Shown here: one piece after another, positions 17,759 to 27,899 of the stretch
How positions within the stretch are numbered: the first letter of the stretch is position 1
Layout: each line of letters begins with the position of its first letter
NCBI GenBank assembly: GCA_041742075.1
Contig: JBGSJJ010000003.1
Coordinates: forward strand, 1 to 40,486
DNA length: 40,486 nt
DNA from: Minisyncoccia bacterium
Lineage (GTDB): Bacteria > Patescibacteriota > Minisyncoccia > Phycocordibacterales > UBA918
Reading direction: 5' to 3'
The notes under the pieces: generated by a model
The model's database searches: none
What the model was told of the DNA's origin: nothing
What the model saw: only the letters and a program-made list of their open reading frames with translations
Made by a program: the position numbers and the translations under genes

Positions 17759-17830
17759 TGCCCTCACCCGGAATCGAACCAGGATCTTCTCCTTAGGACG
17801 GAGTAGCTCTATCCATTGAGCTATGAGGGC
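17759..17830 (-). tRNA. tRNA-Arg(CCT)
   Basis: GCCCTCA/TGAGGGC acceptor, anticodon loop GTCCTAA, GGTTCGATTCC; terminator hairpin at 17711-17758. Confidence 0.93.
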
Positions 17831-17849
17831 AATTTGACTATTATTACAT

Positions 17850-17941
17850 TCCTGAACCCGGAATCGAACCATGGTAATACAGTCCCCCAGACTGTATTAC
17901 TCCCGCGGACGGAGTAGCTCTATCCACTCCGCTATGAGGGC
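17850..17941 (-). pseudogene. Degenerate tandem copy of tRNA-Arg with a hairpin insertion
   Basis: Same 5' half and T-arm as 17759-17830. Loop reads GTCCGCG, an 11-bp hairpin occupies 17874-17900, and the acceptor 3' strand no longer pairs well. Confidence 0.75.
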
Positions 17942-18030
17942 AATGTGGAATATCCTAACACAAAAGAGGCAGGACTGTGGGTCCCGCCTCTTCTGTGTTC
18001 TCTGTGCTCAAAACTGCCGGTACGGATAGC

Positions 18031-18267
18031 TTAAGCAGCGAGAAGTTCTGCGACTTTAGCTTCATCGAAGCCTACTACCACGTCGTCCCCAATCCGGATT
18101 ACCGGTACACCCATTTGTCCGGTCATTTCAATCATTTCTTGTCTTTTTTGGGCGTCAGAAGCTACATCGAATTCAGTAAAAACTACATTATGTTCTGCAA
18201 AGTACTCTTTAGCAGAGTGGCAAAAATGACACACTGGAGTACTATAAATTGTTACTTGTTTATCCAT
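18031..18267 (-). CDS. Glutaredoxin-like protein (NrdH/YruB type)
   Basis: VTIYSTPVCHFC, GQMGVPVI, VVGFD. Confidence 0.92.
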   Translation of the reverse strand: MDKQVTIYSTPVCHFCHSAKEYFAEHNVVFTEFDVASDAQKRQEMIEMTGQMGVPVIRIGDDVVVGFDEAKVAELLAA

Positions 18268-18294
18268 ACCCAAATAGTATACACTGGACTTCCT

Positions 18295-18669
18295 CTATCG
18301 CCAAAACTGCCACCATTTTGCAGTTTCTCCTGCTCCCTTTTTTTCAGTAGGAAGAACTACCTTGTCTTCCTCCCCTACCAAAATCACTACCTGTTCACCA
18401 CTTTTAGCGACGTCAAAATTGCTGCGAATCTCCTCTTCTATCCCACGGTCACCTGTCAAATACTCTACCTCTTCTTTCAGCTCACCTTGTCTTTCTTCAA
18501 GTTCCTGTAGCTCTAATTGTGCCTCACTGGTTCGCTTAGCCATATCGCGCTCTATCAAAAAACGCTCATAGACACTTTTGGCTAGGAAAAAAGTAACAAG
18601 AAGTAGAATAACAATCCCAAACTTGGTATAGAGATACTTGGTAACGGGTTGTTTTTTTCCAAATTGCAT
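18295..18669 (-). CDS. Septum formation initiator (FtsB/DivIC family)
   Basis: TM helix, coiled coil, GIEEEIRSNF...GEQVVIL. Confidence 0.8.
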   Translation of the reverse strand: MQFGKKQPVTKYLYTKFGIVILLLVTFFLAKSVYERFLIERDMAKRTSEAQLELQELEERQGELKEEVEYLTGDRGIEEEIRSNFDVAKSGEQVVILVGEEDKVVLPTEKKGAGETAKWWQFWR

Positions 18670-18720
18670 ATCGGTATGGTATCATACCTACCATATTTAT
18701 AGTGATAGTATTTTTGACTT

Positions 18721-18834
18721 ATGAGCTTTCTCTACGACAAACGAACTAAAAGGGCCATTACCTGGATTTGGACTGCCATGGCTATTATCATTATCGTTTC
18801 AATGATTGCCGCTGGCGTCTTTTTCGGAATTTAG
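18721..18834 (+). CDS. Small single-TM protein (37 aa), not in the ORF track
   Basis: MSFLYDKRTKRAITWIWTAMAIIIIVSMIAAGVFFGI*: basic N-terminus plus a hydrophobic helix. Confidence 0.7.
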   Translation: MSFLYDKRTKRAITWIWTAMAIIIIVSMIAAGVFFGI

Positions 18835-19035
18835 GGAAACAAGACGTGGTGTAGCCACGACTATGTTTCCCTTATGCGAACACTTCGTGAAATGCGACCC
18901 TCTTAGGAGCATTCACGTTTAGTGTCTCGCGGGAGCACAGCACTATCCGTGCAAGGCGATATGCGGTTACAGTTGCATCTATCATTCCTTTTGTAGGATT
19001 TTGTGGAGATTATAGTGCGAAAAGAGACCGGGTTT
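18832..19035. ncRNA. Candidate structured non-coding element
   Basis: Three adjacent long hairpins fill the gap between convergent genes. No family recognised. Confidence 0.3.
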
Positions 19036-19044
19036 TTGACTTAC

Positions 19045-20832
19045 CTACTCATCCTTAATCATCTTCATAAACACCTCAGGTGAGATGTGAACTTTGCCGT
19101 GAGCAAGCATCTTTTTCTTACCTTTCTTTTGCTTATCACGAAGCTTCATCTTACGAGTAATATCGCCTCCATACAGGTATCCCGTTACATCCTTTTTCAT
19201 GGCTGACAAAGTACGTGAAGCAATAATCTTGCCTCGTATCATCGCTTGAATTTTTACGGTGAACATAGCCCGTGGCAACGTGTTGTAAAGTTTTTCTACT
19301 ACCGCCCTGGCGTCTATCTCCGCCCTCCGTACCCCGATCACTCGTGAAAACGCTGGTACAATTTCTTCAGCTACCAAGACGTCAAGTCGGACCACATCAG
19401 CGAATCGCATCTCAGCAATCTCATACGAAAGCGATGCGTAGCCACTGCTCGCATTCTTAAGCTTATCGAAAAAACCACGCATCAGTTCACGGAGCGGCAT
19501 CTCCACTGAAAGCAGTGTTCGTCCATCACCAAACACTTCGGTATCAATTACCTGCGCTTCGTGGTCATAGAGTAAGGTCAGCATACTCCCCATATAATCT
19601 GGTGGAATAATTATTTGTCCAAGAATCCACGGTTCTTTTACGGTCACTTTTGCTCCATGATCAGGAAAGCGAGACGCTGCGTACACTTGTTCGGTGTGTC
19701 CGTCATCAAGATAGGTAATGTCGTACGATATAGACGGTGAAGTAACAATCAGCTCAATATTAAACTCACGTCTTAGCCGTTCAGTAATAATTTCCAAGTG
19801 AAGCATACCTAAGAAGCCGCAGCGAAACCCCCGACCTAACACCCCAGACGATTCTTCTTCGTAGGAAAGCGAGGAGTCTGATAAGCGCAATCTATCAAGC
19901 GCTTGTCTGACAATAGTGAAATCGTCTTGACTCTCTGGAAAGACTGAGGCCCAAACTACCGGCCGTGCTACTTGGTAGCCCGAGAGAGGCGACGCGGTAC
20001 TTTTATCAAATACGAGCGTATCACCGACATTGGCGGTTCCTGCTTCCTTAATACCCGTCACGACATAGCCAATCTCACCATGCCTAAGAGCTTCAGTTGA
20101 AACCTCCCCCGGTGCGAGCATCCCCACCTCAAGCGCGGTAAATGTCTTCCCGCTCACGGCAAACTTGAGCTGATCACCCTTTTTCACACTACCATCGAAC
20201 ACCCGCAGGTACACTATGACCCCCCGATGATTTGAGTATTGAAAATCGAAAACGAGACCTCGGAACGTATCAAGCTCTGGTGTCTTGGGAGCCGGTACCC
20301 GGGCGCAAATTGCTTCAAGCAGTTCTGGTACACCAGCACCAGTTTTTCCTGAAACAGCTAAAATGTCTTGCCGGGCACATCCGAGTAAGGAGATAATTTC
20401 ATCGCCCACTTCTATAATCCTTGCATGGGGTACGTCAATTTTTGTCAGTACAGGAATAATAGTTAGACCAAGATCTTTCGCCATCTGAAGCGTTGTAAGT
20501 GTTTGTGCTTGTACACCTTGGGTACTGTCAACTAAAAGCAGTACACCCTCTACAGCCTTAAGGGCACGGGACACTTCGTATGAGAAGTCAATGTGGCCGG
20601 GAGTATCGATAAGATTGAGTTCGTACACCACACCTGTACGCATATAGCGCATGCGAACGGGTTGCATTTTGATAGTAATGCCTCGTTCTCGCTCAAGATC
20701 CATCGAATCAAGTACTTGATCCTTCATCAGGCGTGCCTCCACTGTTTTGGTAACCTCGAGCATGCGGTCGGCAAGCGTGGATTTACCATGGTCAATATGG
20801 GCAATAATACTAAAATTTCGTATATTCTGCAT
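19045..20832 (-). CDS. lepA: Elongation factor 4
   Basis: IRNFSIIAHIDHGKSTLADR, ERGITIK, DTPGH, GFRCGFLGMLH, YGGDITRKMKL. Confidence 0.98.
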   Translation of the reverse strand: MQNIRNFSIIAHIDHGKSTLADRMLEVTKTVEARLMKDQVLDSMDLERERGITIKMQPVRMRYMRTGVVYELNLIDTPGHIDFSYEVSRALKAVEGVLLLVDSTQGVQAQTLTTLQMAKDLGLTIIPVLTKIDVPHARIIEVGDEIISLLGCARQDILAVSGKTGAGVPELLEAICARVPAPKTPELDTFRGLVFDFQYSNHRGVIVYLRVFDGSVKKGDQLKFAVSGKTFTALEVGMLAPGEVSTEALRHGEIGYVVTGIKEAGTANVGDTLVFDKSTASPLSGYQVARPVVWASVFPESQDDFTIVRQALDRLRLSDSSLSYEEESSGVLGRGFRCGFLGMLHLEIITERLRREFNIELIVTSPSISYDITYLDDGHTEQVYAASRFPDHGAKVTVKEPWILGQIIIPPDYMGSMLTLLYDHEAQVIDTEVFGDGRTLLSVEMPLRELMRGFFDKLKNASSGYASLSYEIAEMRFADVVRLDVLVAEEIVPAFSRVIGVRRAEIDARAVVEKLYNTLPRAMFTVKIQAMIRGKIIASRTLSAMKKDVTGYLYGGDITRKMKLRDKQKKGKKKMLAHGKVHISPEVFMKMIKDE

Positions 20833-20867
20833 AGTTTTTGGTGGGCGTACTGTACCGCATTTACAAC

Positions 20868-22544
20868 CTAAAGTACATCATCCTGTGAAGCAACAATTTG
20901 AGCTGAGAAGAAACGTCGATGGAGGGCTTTATAGATTTCAAGTAACTCAGGAGAACGTACGAGAACATAGGCGCCAATCACTCCAGCCACCCCAACCATT
21001 CCACCAAGCATACCCTGAACAAAAATACCTAAAAATAAATTCGTATTTAACCCTTCGACAAAAAAATTAATCGTGATATATGAAAGTAGCGCGCCTACTG
21101 AGGCTGCAAAAAGTGACCGCATGAGGTGTGGCCAGAACCAACTCATTTCGAGTGAAAACTGCTTGATTGACAAATACAATAACAGGGCACTCTGGAGAAT
21201 AATGCCAACACTATATCCAAGTCCAAGTACTAATACTTCACTACCGGCCACATCACTCACCCGCATAAATTTTTCAATTGCGACAACATATTGTGGTGAC
21301 ACGATATATAGCCCATAGAGTAAAATCACAAATGACACTGAAAGTAGCAAACCAAAAAACGCAACCATGAAGGGCACCTTCGTTAAACCACTGGCATAAA
21401 AGGCTCTGATGAGGAGTAGGTTTATTGCTTGCGCAACGAGAGAAATAGTAAGTAGTGCCAAGACCGCTGCGGTGAGACGAGTATCTCCCCAATCAAACTG
21501 CCCAGTCCCTAACACGACCCGGACCATCTGGGCACGAAGCACAATCACTAAACCAATAATTGGTACTGACCAAAAAATAATGTGCCGGATCGCGGTAGTC
21601 ATATGAAGCCGAAATGCCTCCATTTTTTTCTGAGCAAATAAATCAGCTAGGAGCGGAAAAGCAGCAGTCGAATAACTTGCACCAATAACAGCCAGTGGGA
21701 CTGACTGGAGATTGTAGGCAAACTGAAATACCGCCACCGAACCAACACTCATGAGACTGGCTATACTTACGAGCACCAAGAGTTCAAACTGGTGCATCGA
21801 CAACGTAGCTGCCCGAGGTAAGGACACCGCTAAGACACTCCGCATCATTACCCAGTCAATGGTTGTAGTATACCCAAAATATAAAGCACTTCGTTGTACC
21901 AGTGGGATTTGAATTGCCAAATGACCAATCGCACCAAGTACGACACCGTAGGCTAAGCCGGCTACGCCAAATTGTGGATACAGCACACTGATTCCGAAAA
22001 TAATTCCCACATTGTAAATAAGTGGACTAATGGCATAGAGTACGAAGCGGTGTCCAAGTTGGGTCACTACCCCAAACAAACTAGACAGTCCCAGGAAAAA
22101 TGGTTGGAGTAGAAGAATACGAATCAGAAGTACAATTTCTTCAGAGTTAGCTTCAAAGCCAGGAAACATAAACGGTACCAGGTATGGAATCAAGAGCCAC
22201 ATAGCCCCGGCTAAGAGCGCATACACCATTAAGAAAATACTGAACATTTGACTTAAAAGTGCCCGAGCATCTTTTGCATTCTCTCGTTGCATCCTTTCTG
22301 CTACAAATGGGATAAGTACATACACCGAGAGTGTCGAAGCAAAAATCACATAGAGGAGATCAGGAATACGAAATGCAGCGTAGTAAAGATCGAGTTCACC
22401 ACCAGCACCAAACTGATGTGCCAGCATTCTATCCCGCACTAACGCAAGAAGCTGTGAACCAAAGGCAAATATACCAAGAATGTACGCTGCCTGATGAAGA
22501 CCTCGTACTTCTCTGTACACTAAGTTCATTACGTTTCGTACCAT
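20868..22544 (-). CDS. murJ: Lipid II flippase (MviN/MurJ family)
   Basis: LVRDRMLAHQFGAG, YYAAFRIPD, RAFYA; about 14 TM helices. Confidence 0.92.
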   Translation of the reverse strand: MVRNVMNLVYREVRGLHQAAYILGIFAFGSQLLALVRDRMLAHQFGAGGELDLYYAAFRIPDLLYVIFASTLSVYVLIPFVAERMQRENAKDARALLSQMFSIFLMVYALLAGAMWLLIPYLVPFMFPGFEANSEEIVLLIRILLLQPFFLGLSSLFGVVTQLGHRFVLYAISPLIYNVGIIFGISVLYPQFGVAGLAYGVVLGAIGHLAIQIPLVQRSALYFGYTTTIDWVMMRSVLAVSLPRAATLSMHQFELLVLVSIASLMSVGSVAVFQFAYNLQSVPLAVIGASYSTAAFPLLADLFAQKKMEAFRLHMTTAIRHIIFWSVPIIGLVIVLRAQMVRVVLGTGQFDWGDTRLTAAVLALLTISLVAQAINLLLIRAFYASGLTKVPFMVAFFGLLLSVSFVILLYGLYIVSPQYVVAIEKFMRVSDVAGSEVLVLGLGYSVGIILQSALLLYLSIKQFSLEMSWFWPHLMRSLFAASVGALLSYITINFFVEGLNTNLFLGIFVQGMLGGMVGVAGVIGAYVLVRSPELLEIYKALHRRFFSAQIVASQDDVL

Positions 22545-22559
22545 AGAGTGCGCTGGACT

Positions 22560-25064
22560 CTATTCTGCTGGAGTGGTATCTGCTTCTTCGTTAGAAGCTG
22601 GCTCTTCTTCGGTACTTTCGCTTGGTACATTTACTGGAGTCACGAGTTCAGTATCAACAGTGGTACCTGGTGTGCCATCGTCACTCCCCACTCCTTCTTC
22701 TGGTAAGACTGGGGTAGAAGAACTAGTTGTAAAGCCAGTAACATTACCTTGCTCGATTTGTGCTTTGAGAGCCAACACATCAGCATTACCTGGATTAAGA
22801 GACTCAACCACCTGTAATTCCTTAAGAGCAGCGTCTGCTTTACCTTCCTGAGCGTAGAGTCTCGCTAAGAAGAAGCGAGCGTTAGCATAGTTTGCATCTA
22901 GCACAACCGCTTGCTCAAATGCACGTGTTGCTTCTTGGAGCTCCTCATTTGCGACATAGAGTACACCAAGCTGGAAGTAGCGAGCTGGGTTGTTCTGCTC
23001 AAGAGAAAGGATGGCCTGAGTTGTCGTTATTGCTGAGGCTACATTACCAGTAGCAATTTCAAGGTCAGCGAGAAGTACGAGTGCTTCAGTATAATTAGGT
23101 TTAAGACTAATTGCTTCTGCTATTGCTGCTCTTGCACCGGTTTCATCGCCGATTCGGACTGCCAACTGGGCTCGAAGCAACTTATAGAGTGGGTTACTTG
23201 GGTCAAGTGCTTCGGCTGAAGAGTATGCTTCTTTTGCACGCTCTTCTGGGTCTTTAAAGTTAGGGTCAATCAACACACTATAAAGTGCCCCAGCCAGCGC
23301 GTGGTTACGTGCATCACTAGGGTCACCCTGTATCGCCAACCGTACCGCACTCACCCCCTGTGCAACTGCCTGGTTGAAAGCAGTTTGCTCAACTTCAGAT
23401 GGTTCAGCTACAGTCAGTAGTGAAGAAATTTTTGCAAATTGGTACTCTGCTACCTGTCTCGCATAGAGATCATTTTGTGAAAGTTGATACGCACGCTCTA
23501 TCTGAGCCTCTACTTGATCAAGCGGGACACTTCGCCCCACGTCAGCGACAGCATCAGAAAAGATAATGGTCCCAGCAAAATGTCTGGTGACTGAGTAGAG
23601 TAAAGCAACTGAAGATACAATTATGACCAAAACAACTCCCACAAGGACAATTGCTGCACGCTTATTTTGAATCAGTGAAAATGTGATTGGCGATGCACCT
23701 CGAAGGGCTGTATGGGCGCCACAAAGTACACTGGTGAAAAATGCTGCCAAAAGCATAATAGCGACGCTCGGGGTATAAATAAGCGACATTCCCCACAAGT
23801 ACAACCCGGCTGCAAACGATGACGTACCAATAAAGTACCAGATTGTGTCATGCACCTTTGGACGTAGTAACACACGCAAGCCTACGTACACAAACCCAAG
23901 CAACCACGCTACCCAAAGAACACCGCCAAGCAACCCTTGTGTTACAAAAGCTGTCGTGAGGTAGCTGTAGCCACTTTGAAAATCAACACTCCAAAAAATA
24001 CTGCTGTTTATACTTGGGTCTTTATACAGTCGCCACGCATCGGCAAACTTGTTTGGCCCAATACCCAAGAGCGCATTCTCCGTATAGACCTGACGAGTAA
24101 TGTCGAGAGTGGCTCCCAAAGAAGGCCGAACCTCAAGAAACGACACGTTCGAAACACTTGAAACCATTGTGCCAAAACTAGTGCCACCAAGGAGAGCGAC
24201 GATTGAAATTACTCCAACCAAACCAGACAGTGCAATACTAAGCCCACTAAAAGAACTGGCCTTTTCACGGGCGAGCGATTGCTCAGAAAAGCGTTCCTTT
24301 ACCAAGCCGTACATTAGTACGACCATACCAACCAGGGCCAACACTACCCAGATAGCAAAGAAATTGATTACTACCAGCATCAGTAGAGAAAACAGGATTA
24401 TGATAGCGAAGAAAATCCGTCCCGGTTTTGTAAGTGGCAATTGTTCAAGCGCTATCAAGAGAAGGAGAATTACCAAGCCGAAGAAGAGGGCGAGACTATT
24501 CCAGCCTCCGAGCGGTGAATCAACCACGGAGTTAAAAAGACCAAAAGAAAGGAGTGTTTGTCCAAAAACCAGTCGTGCTACATGGTATAGGCCGAGCACG
24601 AGCGTTGATGCCCCGAGCACAATATATACTCGCATAATCATTGCCTTCGAGAAGTTTAGTAAGAGCGGTATGGATATAACACCAGCCATAAGTGCTACAA
24701 AGCCAGCCGTATGAACTTCTAGAGTGTTTCCAAAAAACGCATCAAAGCGATCCCCCGAAAGAAGTGCTGAGACAACTGCCGACGCGGCAATACCCCAAAA
24801 CACCAAGGCTAGAGTCGGAACCGACAAAGATATTTTTCCTGACCGAAGTGTCGCTAAACTAAACAGAACGAGAGCTAAGAGTAGTCCCCCAATCACTAAA
24901 AATGATTTAGCATAATCAATTGAGACAACCGGACTTGGAATAAAAAAAAGCGGTGTAAGCCCAAACACAGCAACCAAGACTGCGTGAGCAGCGGTTACAA
25001 GACCATGCTCGACTCGATCACTCTTTTGTTGTCGTACTGGTTCCATTACAAATTCTCCTTCCAT
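22560..25064 (-). CDS. Polytopic membrane protein with C-terminal TPR repeats (O-antigen-ligase-like N-terminal region)
   Basis: About 13 TM segments with LLGIGPNKF, then TPR motifs (AISLKPNYTEA, YFQLGVLY, LDANYANARFFLA). Confidence 0.75.
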   Translation of the reverse strand: MEGEFVMEPVRQQKSDRVEHGLVTAAHAVLVAVFGLTPLFFIPSPVVSIDYAKSFLVIGGLLLALVLFSLATLRSGKISLSVPTLALVFWGIAASAVVSALLSGDRFDAFFGNTLEVHTAGFVALMAGVISIPLLLNFSKAMIMRVYIVLGASTLVLGLYHVARLVFGQTLLSFGLFNSVVDSPLGGWNSLALFFGLVILLLLIALEQLPLTKPGRIFFAIIILFSLLMLVVINFFAIWVVLALVGMVVLMYGLVKERFSEQSLAREKASSFSGLSIALSGLVGVISIVALLGGTSFGTMVSSVSNVSFLEVRPSLGATLDITRQVYTENALLGIGPNKFADAWRLYKDPSINSSIFWSVDFQSGYSYLTTAFVTQGLLGGVLWVAWLLGFVYVGLRVLLRPKVHDTIWYFIGTSSFAAGLYLWGMSLIYTPSVAIMLLAAFFTSVLCGAHTALRGASPITFSLIQNKRAAIVLVGVVLVIIVSSVALLYSVTRHFAGTIIFSDAVADVGRSVPLDQVEAQIERAYQLSQNDLYARQVAEYQFAKISSLLTVAEPSEVEQTAFNQAVAQGVSAVRLAIQGDPSDARNHALAGALYSVLIDPNFKDPEERAKEAYSSAEALDPSNPLYKLLRAQLAVRIGDETGARAAIAEAISLKPNYTEALVLLADLEIATGNVASAITTTQAILSLEQNNPARYFQLGVLYVANEELQEATRAFEQAVVLDANYANARFFLARLYAQEGKADAALKELQVVESLNPGNADVLALKAQIEQGNVTGFTTSSSTPVLPEEGVGSDDGTPGTTVDTELVTPVNVPSESTEEEPASNEEADTTPAE

Positions 25065-25108
25065 AAATATTCACAAACATTACCAATAAGTTCTCTATAG
25101 AATACCAT

Positions 25109-25142
25109 ATATCAAAACCTCCCCAAGGGGAGGTTTTGATAT
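25109..25142 (-). terminator. rnpB terminator
   Basis: ATATCAAAACCTCCCC-AA-GGGGAGGTTTTGATAT. Confidence 0.8.
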
Positions 25143-25525
25143 GTTATAAGCCGGATTCTGTCGAGGATGGTCATATACCTAGGATGTTTGTTACCAAACA
25201 CCTCTGGCGGCTCTCCTAACACCACTTTTATGTCATTTTGCGTCTATGGCGAGACTCAAAAACCCATAAAAGTGGTGTCAGGCACGGCCTTGCACGCACG
25301 TAAGGATTTAGCCGTTTCACCCCTATAATTACTTATAGGACTTACCCCTAAGGGTATCTCCGACTTTCGTCTTTGACGTCTCTGCTCGCACCTCTCTTTG
25401 ACCAATTGGCCAAAGCGACGGGTGTTACCCGCTACGCTTGCCTATCATTACAATGCTAGACCACGTGTCCGGACTTTCCTCCACTGTAGAGTAATTACTA
25501 TACAGTGGCGACCATCAACTCAAAC
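25134..25525 (-). ncRNA. rnpB: RNase P RNA
   Basis: Minus strand contains GAGGAAAGTCCGGAC, GTGAAACGGC, GCAAG and ACAGAATCCGGCTTAT. Ends approximate. Confidence 0.96.
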
Positions 25526-25545
25526 ATTATACAATAACAAGAGTA

Positions 25546-26049
25546 TTATTGCAAATTTTTGCTAATGTCTTTCGGTAAAATTTCAGGTGGAATAAACAAG
25601 CGGTCACCGACTTCAACCTTAAGCGAGTCGACAAAAAATGCATTCGTCTCAAGAACAAAACGCGCTTCAGTTTGCGGAGCAAAAATAGTTGGATAGGTAC
25701 TTGGCTCTACCCGCTCTTCAATGTGTATGACATTGAGCTGTTCATCAATCCATATAATATCAAGTGGTAAGAGCATGTCCTTCATCCATATGCCGTGTTT
25801 TGCATTACTATCAAAAACAAAGAACTTGCCTTCGTTCTTACCAAGCTTTTGTACGCCAGACAAGCCTTGAGTTCTGGTTTCTTTCGTGTCAGCAACCGTG
25901 ACTACGACAGGCACGTTGTCAATAAAAATAGTGTACTTTGGTTCTTCGTCAAAAAGTAACACCATGAGGTCGTCCCAATATGTTAAGTAGGCAAACAGCA
26001 GTGCCAGTCCAAACGCGATGAAAATGACGACATCAAAAAGCAACTTCAT
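25546..26049 (-). CDS. DUF192-family protein
   Basis: Start refined to MKLLFD. VADT...RTQGLS, WMKDMLLPLDIIWID, FVLETNA. Confidence 0.88.
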   Translation of the reverse strand: MKLLFDVVIFIAFGLALLFAYLTYWDDLMVLLFDEEPKYTIFIDNVPVVVTVADTKETRTQGLSGVQKLGKNEGKFFVFDSNAKHGIWMKDMLLPLDIIWIDEQLNVIHIEERVEPSTYPTIFAPQTEARFVLETNAFFVDSLKVEVGDRLFIPPEILPKDISKNLQ

Positions 26050-26051
26050 AC

Positions 26052-26459
26052 TTACACAATGAACGTGTTGTACACAAACACAGTAACACCAGAGACAAGG
26101 GCACCAAGCACCGTTCCCCACAGTATATCTACTATAGTAAGTGAAAGTGGCCAATTTTTTATAGTCGCCAAATTTGTCAGGTCATACGTGGCGTAGGTAA
26201 AGAAACCAAACAGTCCACCGAGCAACACCGCCATCAAAAGGGTGCTCTTGGCTACTGCTGGATAGGTGGCAAAAAAGGTAAGGCCGAGCAAAAAGACGAG
26301 GTAAAAGATAACTGCTGCTACCCAGTTTACGTCACCTAGCAGGTACCCCATTTTTGCTTGATAGAAATTACGCGCAATGAACCCAAGCCATATCATGTCA
26401 ATAATAAAAAAGACCGGCACGGCGAGCGCATAGAGGGTAAAAAAAGTTTGAATGTTCAT
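26052..26459 (-). CDS. DUF2177-family membrane protein
   Basis: IDMIWLG, YATYDLTNLAT, VDILWG. Confidence 0.88.
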   Translation of the reverse strand: MNIQTFFTLYALAVPVFFIIDMIWLGFIARNFYQAKMGYLLGDVNWVAAVIFYLVFLLGLTFFATYPAVAKSTLLMAVLLGGLFGFFTYATYDLTNLATIKNWPLSLTIVDILWGTVLGALVSGVTVFVYNTFIV

Positions 26460-26509
26460 ATGTATATAGTATAGCAAAACCCTACTAAGAAATAGTAGCT
26501 ATAGGTAAC

Positions 26510-27127
26510 TTAGGAACGGGTTTTGTGATTTTTAAAAAAGTGGAATCGTACCACCTGGAGCACATACGCCAGTACAAAAAAACCAACCACAGCATTTGTG
26601 ACCGGATTGAGATAGTGTTCAATGACTTCAAAATTACCTAGCAGTTTGCTCCCTGCAAAAATAAGGGCTGTGTTCCATATAAGACTCCCCAGACAAGTAA
26701 AGAATAGAAATGCGGGTATACTCATGCGAATACAGCCAGCCGGTACAGAAATAACCGAACGTACTGTTGGCATCATCCGTCCAAACAACACTGCCGGTAT
26801 TTGAAATCGCTTGAATAAATTTGTCGCTTTTGTGAAGTCATCAACAGAAATAGCAATATACGTTCCGTAGCGCTCTAGGAAAGATGTAATCCGCGGGACG
26901 CTTACAAACCAGCCAAGTAAAAACCAGAGTGACGTACCAACCACAGACCCGACCGTAGCTGAAAAGATAGCGAGCGGTAATGAAAAGGTACCTTGAGCAA
27001 CGAGTAGACCAATAAAAGGCAAAATGAGCTCAGACGGTAACGGTGGGAAGACATTTTCAAGAATCATCAAAGCAACAATACCGAGGTATCCGCCTGACGC
27101 AATCATACTAACAATAAACTCACCCAT
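26510..27127 (-). CDS. DedA-family membrane protein
   Basis: LENVFPPLPSELILP, GRMMPTVRSVISVPAG. Start refined to MGEFIV. Confidence 0.92.
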   Translation of the reverse strand: MGEFIVSMIASGGYLGIVALMILENVFPPLPSELILPFIGLLVAQGTFSLPLAIFSATVGSVVGTSLWFLLGWFVSVPRITSFLERYGTYIAISVDDFTKATNLFKRFQIPAVLFGRMMPTVRSVISVPAGCIRMSIPAFLFFTCLGSLIWNTALIFAGSKLLGNFEVIEHYLNPVTNAVVGFFVLAYVLQVVRFHFFKNHKTRS

Positions 27128-27149
27128 ATGTATGTTAGACCAGTATACG

Positions 27150-27899
27150 CTATACACTGAGAGCATCAGGATGACGAAGACTCCACATTTGAAAAACCAC
27201 GGCAGCTGATACTGAAGCGTTAAGTGACTCACAACGCGGGTGCATCTTAATCCGAAGCATCAGGTCACAGTGCTCTTCGGTTTTTTCTCGAACACCGGTT
27301 CCTTCGTTACCAAGCACAAATACTGATGGTTTACGGAAATCTTCTGTCTCAAGCTCAACCTCGCCAGTACCCGAAAGCCCGTACACAAAGAAGCCTCGTT
27401 CTTTAAGTGTGCGCAGGGCACGGTTTACATTTGGTACTTCAACTATTGGAATAGCAAACGCCATGCCGGCTGAAACCTTGAGGACAGTTCCGGTTACACC
27501 CACTTGGCGATGCTTTGGGAGGAGTACGGCCGAGAGACCAAACGCTGCAGCGCTTCGTATGACAGCTCCGACGTTGTGTGGATCATGAAGTTCACCCAGA
27601 ATGACCATGGCTGATTTTGGCGTAATTTCTAACGTCTCCAGAAAAGTATCAAACGGTATAACCAGTTTTTGTGTATCTATTTTTGCGACATACCCCTGAT
27701 GGACAGCTCTTGGTTCCACCCCTTTTGGCACATTGTCACCTTTGAACGTTGTTTTTTTTGAAATGCCCGCTAAGAGACTAGGGTTAATTTCACTTACCAC
27801 TTCCTCACGCAAAAAGACTTCAACTAGTACATCAGGACGCATGGTAAGTGCCTCCAGCACAGCGTGCTTACCATACATATATACATATCGATCATCCAT
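27150..27899 (-). CDS. rlmB: 23S rRNA Gm2251 2'-O-methyltransferase (SpoU family)
   Basis: YGKHAVLEAL, HQG, DPHNVGAVIRSA, GNEGTG, ESLNASVSA. Start refined to MDDRY. Confidence 0.9.
   Translation of the reverse strand: MDDRYVYMYGKHAVLEALTMRPDVLVEVFLREEVVSEINPSLLAGISKKTTFKGDNVPKGVEPRAVHQGYVAKIDTQKLVIPFDTFLETLEITPKSAMVILGELHDPHNVGAVIRSAAAFGLSAVLLPKHRQVGVTGTVLKVSAGMAFAIPIVEVPNVNRALRTLKERGFFVYGLSGTGEVELETEDFRKPSVFVLGNEGTGVREKTEEHCDLMLRIKMHPRCESLNASVSAAVVFQMWSLRHPDALSV

Noticed and set aside
17850-17941. Intron-containing functional tRNA
   Set aside because: Removing the hairpin does not restore the acceptor or D stems, and no group I core or bulge-helix-bulge is visible.
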